Source: Paramoeba atlantica (lineage: Eukaryota > Protista > Discosea). From it: a DNA stretch of 64,000 bases. Shown here piece by piece: positions 56,901 through 64,000 of this stretch (position 1 is its first letter; each line of letters begins with the position of its first letter). The position numbers and the translations under genes were made by a program. Where the stretch lies: positions 496,001 through 560,000 of the forward strand of contig CDRNVI010000026.1 of NCBI GenBank assembly GCA_977017575.1, read 5' to 3'. The notes beneath the pieces are model-generated. The model made no database searches and was not told the origin of the DNA. It saw nothing but the letters and a program-made list of their open reading frames with translations.

Positions 56901-59900
56901 AGGTCTTCAAAAAAACAAAGGTCTTCAAAAAGTCAAAAGGTCTTCAAAAAAAAAGGTCTTCAAAAAAACAAAGGTCTTCAAAAAAACAAAGGTCTTCAAA
57001 AAAACAAAGGTCTTCAAAAAAACAAAGGTCTTCAAAAAAAACAAAGGTCATCAAAAAAACATAGGTCTTCAAAAAAACAAAGGTCTTCAAAAAAAAAAAG
57101 GTCTTCAAAAAAACAAAGGTCTTCAAAAACAAAGGTCTTCAAAAAAACAAAGGTCTTCAAAAAAACAAAGGTCTTCAAAAAAACAAAGGTCTTCAAAAAC
57201 AAAGGTCTTCAAAAAAACAAAGGTCTTCAAAAAAACAAAGGTCTTCAAAAAAACAAAGGTCTTCAAAAAAACAAAGGTCTTCAAAAAAAACAAAGGTCTT
57301 CAAAAACAAAGGTCTTCAAAAAAACAAAGGTCTTCAAAAAAACAAAGGTCTTCAAAAAAAGAAAGGTCTTCAAAAAAAACAACGGTCTTCAAAAACAAAG
57401 GTCTTCAAAAAAACAAAGGTCTTCAAAAAGTCAAAATGTCTTCAAAAAAAAAGGTCTTCAAAAAAACAAAGGTCTTCAAAAAAACAAAGGTCTTCGAAAA
57501 AACAAAGGTCTTCAAAAAAACAAAGGTCTTCAAAAAAACAAAGGTCTTCAAAAAAACAAAGGTCTTCAAAAAAACAAAGGTCTTCAAAAAAACATAGGTC
57601 TTCAAAAAAACAAAGGTCTTCAAAAAAACAAAGGTCTTCAAAAACAAAGGTCTTCAAAAAAACAAAGGTCTTCAAAAAAACAAAGGTCTTCAAAAAAAGA
57701 AAGGTCTTCAAAAAAAACAAAGGTCTTCAAAAACAAAGGTCTTCAAAAAAACAAAGGTCTTCAAAAAGTCAAAAGGTCTTCAAAAAAAAAGGTCTTCAAA
57801 AAAACAAAGGTCTTCAAAAAGTCAAAAGGTCTTCAAAAAAAAAGGTCTTCAAAAAAACAAAGGTCTTCAAAAAAACAAAAGGTCTTCAAAAAAAGAAAGG
57901 TCTTCAAAAAAACAAAGGTCTTTAAAAAAAAATAAGGTCTTCGAAAAAACAAAGGTCTTCAAAAAAACAAAGGTCTTCAAAAAAACAAAGGTCTTCAAAA
58001 AAAACAAAGGTCATCAAAAAAACATAGGTCTTCAAAAAAACAAAGGTCTTCAAAAAAAAAAAGGTCTTCAAAAAAACAAAGGTCTTCAAAAAAACAAAGG
58101 TCTTCAAAAAAAACAAAGGTCATCAAAAAAACATAGGTCTTCAAAAAAACAAAGGTCTTCAAAAAAAAAAAGGTCTTCAAAAAAACAAAGGTCTTCAAAA
58201 AAACAAAGGTCTTCAAAAACAAAGGTCTTCAAAAAAACAAAGGTCTTCAAAAAAACAAAGGTCTTCAAAAAAACAAAGGTCTTCAAAAAAACAAAGGTCT
58301 TCAAAAAAAACAAAGGTCTTCAAAAACAAAGGTCTTCAAAAAAACAAAGGTCTTCAAAAAAACAAAGGTCTTCAAAAAAAGAAAGGTCTTCAAAAAAAAC
58401 AACGGTCTTCAAAAACAAAGGTCTTCAAAAAAACAAAGGTCTTCAAAAAGTCAAAAGGTCTTCAAAAAAAAAGGTCTTCAAAAAAACAAAGGTCTTCAAA
58501 AAAACAAAGGTCTTCGAAAAAACAAAGGTCTTCAAAAAAACAAAGGTCTTCAAAAAAACAAAGGTCTTCAAAAAAAAAAAGGTCTTCAAAAAAACAAAGG
58601 TCTTCAAAAAAACAAAGGTCTTCAAAAACAAAGGTCTTCAAAAAAACAAAGGTCTTCAAAAAAACAAAGGTCTTCAAAAAAAAAAGGTCTTCAAAAAAAC
58701 AAAGGTCTTCAAAAAAAACAAAGGTCTTCAAAAACAAAGGTCTTCAAAAAAACAAAGGTCTTCAAAAAAACAAAGGTCTTCAAAAAAAGAAAGGTCTTCA
58801 AAAAAAACAACGGTCTTCAAAAACAAAGGTCTTCAAAAAAACAAAGGTCTTCAAAAAGTCAAAAGGTCTTCAAAAAAAAAGGTCTTCAAAAAAACAAAGG
58901 TCTTCAAAAAAACAAAGGTCTTCAAAAAAACAAAGGTCTTCAAAAAAACAAAGGTCTTCAAAAAAAACAAAGGTCATCAAAAAAACATAGGTCTTCAAAA
59001 AAACAAAGGTCTTCAAAAAAAAAAAGGTCTTCAAAAAAACAAAGGTCTTCAAAAACAAAGGTCTTCAAAAAAACAAAGGTCTTCAAAAAAACAAAGGTCT
59101 TCAAAAAAACAAAGGTCTTCAAAAACAAAGGTCTTCAAAAAAACAAAGGTCTTCAAAAAAACAAAGGTCTTCAAAAAAACAAAGGTCTTCAAAAAAACAA
59201 AGGTCTTCAAAAAAAACAAAGGTCTTCAAAAACAAAGGTCTTCAAAAAAACAAAGGTCTTCAAAAAAACAAAGGTCTTCAAAAAAAGAAAGGTCTTCAAA
59301 AAAAACAACGGTCTTCAAAAACAAAGGTCTTCAAAAAAACAAAGGTCTTCAAAAAGTCAAAATGTCTTCAAAAAAAAAGGTCTTCAAAAAAACAAAGGTC
59401 TTCAAAAAAACAAAGGTCTTCGAAAAAACAAAGGTCTTCAAAAAAACAAAGGTCTTCAAAAAAACAAAGGTCTTCAAAAAAACAAAGGTCTTCAAAAAAA
59501 CAAAGGTCTTCAAAAAAACATAGGTCTTCAAAAAAACAAAGGTCTTCAAAAAAACAAAGGTCTTCAAAAACAAAGGTCTTCAAAAAAACAAAGGTCTTCA
59601 AAAAAACAAAGGTCTTCAAAAAAAGAAAGGTCTTCAAAAAAAACAAAGGTCTTCAAAAACAAAGGTCTTCAAAAAAACAAAGGTCTTCAAAAAGTCAAAA
59701 GGTCTTCAAAAAAAAAGGTCTTCAAAAAAACAAAGGTCTTCAAAAAGTCAAAAGGTCTTCAAAAAAAAAGGTCTTCAAAAAAACAAAGGTCTTCAAAAAA
59801 ACAAAAGGTCTTCAAAAAAAGAAAGGTCTTCAAAAAAACAAAGGTCTTTAAAAAAAAATAAGGTCTTCGAAAAAACAAAGGTCTTCAAAAAAACAAAGGT

Positions 59901-62900
59901 CTTCAAAAAAACAAAGGTCTTCAAAAAAAACAAAGGTCATCAAAAAAACATAGGTCTTCAAAAAAACAAAGGTCTTCAAAAAAAAAAAGGTCTTCAAAAA
60001 AACAAAGGTCTTCAAAAAAACAAAGGTCTTCAAAAACAAAGGTCTTCAAAAAAACAAAGGTCTTCAAAAAAACAAAGGTCTTCAAAAAAACAAAGGTCTT
60101 CAAAAAAACAAAGGTCTTCAAAAAAAACAAAGGTCTTCAAAAACAAAGGTCTTCAAAAAAACAAAGGTCTTCAAAAAAACAAAGGTCTTCAAAAAAAGAA
60201 AGGTCTTCAAAAAAAACAACGGTCTTCAAAAACAAAGGTCTTCAAAAAAACAAAGGTCTTCAAAAAGTCAAAAGGTCTTCAAAAAAAAAGGTCTTCAAAA
60301 AAACAAAGGTCTTCAAAAAAACAAAGGTCTTCGAAAAAACAAAGGTCTTCAAAAAAACAAAGGTCTTCAAAAAAACAAAGGTCTTCAAAAAAACAAAGGT
60401 CTTCAAAAAAACAAAGGTCTTCAAAAAAACATAGGTCTTCAAAAAAACAAAGGTCTTCAAAAAAACAAAGGTCTTCAAAAAAACAAAGGTCTTCAAAAAA
60501 ACAAAGGTCTTCAAAAACAAAGGTCTTCAAAAAAACAAAGGTCTTCAAAAAAACAAAGGTCTTCAAAAAAAGAAAGGTCTTCAAAAAAAACAAAGGTCTT
60601 CAAAAACAAAGGTCTTCAAAAAAACAAAGGTCTTCAAAAAGTCAAAAGGTCTTCAAAAAAAAAGGTCTTCAAAAAAACAAAGGTCTTCAAAAAAACAAAG
60701 GTCTTCAAAAAAACAAAAGGTCTTCAAAAAAAGAATGGTCTTCAAAAAAACAAAGGTCTTCAAAAAAACAAAGGTCTTCAAAAAAACAAAGGTCTTCAAA
60801 AAAACAAAGGTCTTCAAAAAAACAAAGGTCTTCAAAAAAACAAAGGTCTTCAAAAAAACATAGGTCTTCAAAAAAACAAAGGTCTTCAAAAAAACAAAGG
60901 TCTTCGAAAAAACAAAGGTCTTCAAAAAAACAAAGGTCTTCAAAAAAACAAAGGTCTTCAAAAAAACAAAGGTCTTCAAAAAAACAAAGGTCTTCAAAAA
61001 AACATAGGTCTTCAAAAAAACATAGGTCTTCAAAAAAACAAAGGTCTTCAAAAAAACAAAGGTCTTCAAAAAAACAAAGGTCTTCAAAAAAAAAAAGGTC
61101 TTCAAAAAAACAAAGGTCTTCAAAAAAACAAAGGTCTTCAAAAACAAAGGTCTTCAAAAAAACAAAGGTCTTCAAAAAAACAAAGGTCTTCAAAAAAAAA
61201 AAGGTCTTCAAAAAAACAAAGGTCTTCAAAAAAAACAAAGGTCTTCAAAAACAAAGGTCTTCAAAAAAACAAAGGTCTTCAAAAAAACAAAGGTCTTCAA
61301 AAAAAGAAAGGTCTTCAAAAAAAACAACGGTCTTCAAAAACAAAGGTCTTCAAAAAAACAAAGGTCTTCAAAAAGTCAAAAGGTCTTCAAAAAAAAAGGT
61401 CTTCAAAAAAACAAAGGTCTTCAAAAAAACAAAGGTCTTCGAAAAAACAAAGGTCTTCAAAAAAAGATAGGTCTTCAAAAAAACAAAGGTCTTCAAAAAA
61501 ACAAAGGTCTTCAAAAAAACAAAGGTCTTCAAAAAAACAAAGGTCTTCAAAAAAAACAAAAGTCTTCAAAAACAAAGGTCTTCAAAAAAACAAAGGTCTT
61601 CAAAAAGTCAAAAGGTCTTCAAAAAAAAAGGTCTTCAAAAAAACAAAGGTCTTCAAAAAAACAAAGGTCTTCAAAAAAACAAAAGGTCTTCAAAAAAAGA
61701 ATGGTCTTCAAAAAAACAAAGGTCTTCAAAAAAACAAAGGTCTTCAAAAAAACAAAGGTCTTCAAAAAAACAAAGGTCTTCAAAAAAACAAAGGTCTTCA
61801 AAAAAACAAAGGTCTTCAAAAAAACAAAGGTCTTCAAAAAAACAAAGGTCTTCAAAAAAACAAAGGTCTTCAAAAAAACAAAAGGTCTTCAAAAAAAGAA
61901 TGGTCTTCAAAAAAACAAAGGTCTTCAAAAAAACAAAGGTCTTCAAAAAAACAAAGGTCTTCAAAAAAACAAAGGTCTTCAAAAACAAAGGTCTTCAAAA
62001 AAACAAAGGTCTTCAAAAAAACAAAGGTCTTCAAAAAAAGAAAGGTCTTCAAAAAAAACAACGGTCTTCAAAAACAAAGGTCTTCAAAAAAACAAAGGTC
62101 TTCAAAAAGTCAAAAGGTCTTCAAAAAAAAAGGTCTTCAAAAAAACAAAGGTCTTCAAAAAAACAAAGGTCTTCGAAAAAACAAAGGTCTTCAAAAAAAC
62201 AAAGGTCTTCAAAAAAACAAAGGTCTTCAAAAAAAAAAAGGTCTTCAAAAAAACAAAGGTCTTCAAAAAAACAAAGGTCTTCAAAAACAAAGGTCTTCAA
62301 AAAAACAAAGGTCTTCAAAAAAACAAAGGTCTTCAAAAAAAAAAAGGTCTTCAAAAAAACAAAGGTCTTCAAAAAAAACAAAGGTCTTCAAAAACAAAGG
62401 TCTTCAAAAAAACAAAGGTCTTCAAAAAAACAAAGGTCTTCAAAAAAAGAAAGGTCTTCAAAAAAAACAACGGTCTTCAAAAACAAAGGTCTTCAAAAAA
62501 ACAAAGGTCTTCAAAAAGTCAAAAGGTCTTCAAAAAAAAAGGTCTTCAAAAAAACAAAGGTCTTCAAAAAAACAAAGGTCTTCAAAAAAACAAAGGTCTT
62601 CAAAAAAACAAAGGTCTTCAAAAAAAACAAAGGTCATCAAAAAAACATAGGTCTTCAAAAAAACAAAGGTCTTCAAAAAAAAAAAGGTCTTCAAAAAAAC
62701 AAAGGTCTTCAAAAACAAAGGTCTTCAAAAAAACAAAGGTCTTCAAAAAAACAAAGGTCTTCAAAAAAACAAAGGTCTTCAAAAACAAAGGTCTTCAAAA
62801 AAACAAAGGTCTTCAAAAAAACAAAGGTCTTCAAAAAAACAAAGGTCTTCAAAAAAACAAAGGTCTTCAAAAAAAACAAAGGTCTTCAAAAACAAAGGTC

Positions 62901-64000
62901 TTCAAAAAAACAAAGGTCTTCAAAAAAACAAAGGTCTTCAAAAAAAGAAAGGTCTTCAAAAAAAACAACGGTCTTCAAAAACAAAGGTCTTCAAAAAAAC
63001 AAAGGTCTTCAAAAAGTCAAAATGTCTTCAAAAAAAAAGGTCTTCAAAAAAACAAAGGTCTTCAAAAAAACAAAGGTCTTCGAAAAAACAAAGGTCTTCA
63101 AAAAAACAAAGGTCTTCAAAAAAACAAAGGTCTTCAAAAAAACAAAGGTCTTCAAAAAAACAAAGGTCTTCAAAAAAACATAGGTCTTCAAAAAAACAAA
63201 GGTCTTCAAAAAAACAAAGGTCTTCAAAAACAAAGGTCTTCAAAAAAACAAAGGTCTTCAAAAAAACAAAGGTCTTCAAAAAAAGAAAGGTCTTCAAAAA
63301 AAACAAAGGTCTTCAAAAACAAAGGTCTTCAAAAAAACAAAGGTCTTCAAAAAGTCAAAAGGTCTTCAAAAAAAAAGGTCTTCAAAAAAACAAAGGTCTT
63401 CAAAAAGTCAAAAGGTCTTCAAAAAAAAAGGTCTTCAAAAAAACAAAGGTCTTCAAAAAAACAAAAGGTCTTCAAAAAAAGAAAGGTCTTCAAAAAAACA
63501 AAGGTCTTTAAAAAAAAATAAGGTCTTCGAAAAAACAAAGGTCTTCAAAAAAACAAAGGTCTTCAAAAAAACAAAGGTCTTCAAAAAAAACAAAGGTCAT
63601 CAAAAAAACATAGGTCTTCAAAAAAACAAAGGTCTTCAAAAAAAAAAAGGTCTTCAAAAAAACAAAGGTCTTCAAAAAAACAAAGGTCTTCAAAAACAAA
63701 GGTCTTCAAAAAAACAAAGGTCTTCAAAAAAACAAAGGTCTTCAAAAAAACAAAGGTCTTCAAAAAAACAAAGGTCTTCAAAAAAAACAAAGGTCTTCAA
63801 AAACAAAGGTCTTCAAAAAAACAAAGGTCTTCAAAAAAACAAAGGTCTTCAAAAAAAGAAAGGTCTTCAAAAAAAACAACGGTCTTCAAAAACAAAGGTC
63901 TTCAAAAAAACAAAGGTCTTCAAAAAGTCAAAAGGTCTTCAAAAAAAAAGGTCTTCAAAAAAACAAAGGTCTTCAAAAAAACAAAGGTCTTCGAAAAAAC
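53955..64000 (+). repeat. 18-bp satellite (CAAAAAAACAAAGGTCTT)n with ~1.8-kb higher-order repeats
   Basis: Continuous array to the window edge. A rare variant TCTTTAAAAAAAAATAAGG recurs at ~56101, 57919, 59845 and 63505. Confidence 0.97.

Noticed and set aside
53914-64000. 400-620-aa K-rich ORFs and FLKTFV ORFs
   Set aside because: They are translations of an 18-bp satellite that lacks stop codons.
53955-64000. Satellite as a novel telomeric repeat
   Set aside because: The strand running toward the right edge is A-rich rather than G/T-rich, higher-order structure is unlike telomerase products, and no TTAGGG is seen.

Overview
This is eukaryotic nuclear DNA from a kinetoplastid. The 18S ends in the kinetoplastid-type GTAGCTGTAGGTGAACCTGCAGCTGGATCATT, the genes are intronless and co-directional with polypyrimidine/AG tracts, and AIR9 and CGM1 are present. 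The divergent rRNA and the LRR family suggest an early-branching, Perkinsela-like lineage (inference). Left to right: a decayed VIPER-like tyrosine-recombinase retroelement on the minus strand (1-~2 kb) followed by degenerate Cys-rich ORFs; a plus-strand gene cluster (AIR9, YKT6); one complete rDNA unit (18S-5.8S-LSU, ~11.6 kb period) bracketed by direct repeats, with 27-bp and 41-bp spacer arrays and a triplicated LSU 3'-terminal segment; more plus-strand genes (NOP53, CGM1, bL28m, LRRs, TTI1-like, cyclin L), interrupted by a transposon nest that holds a full-length Tc1-like element inside a hairpin-ended repeat; an RTE-like non-LTR retrotransposon with RNase H; and a >10-kb 18-bp satellite with ~1.8-kb higher-order structure running off the right edge. 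All alignments were made by eye and no database searches were run.
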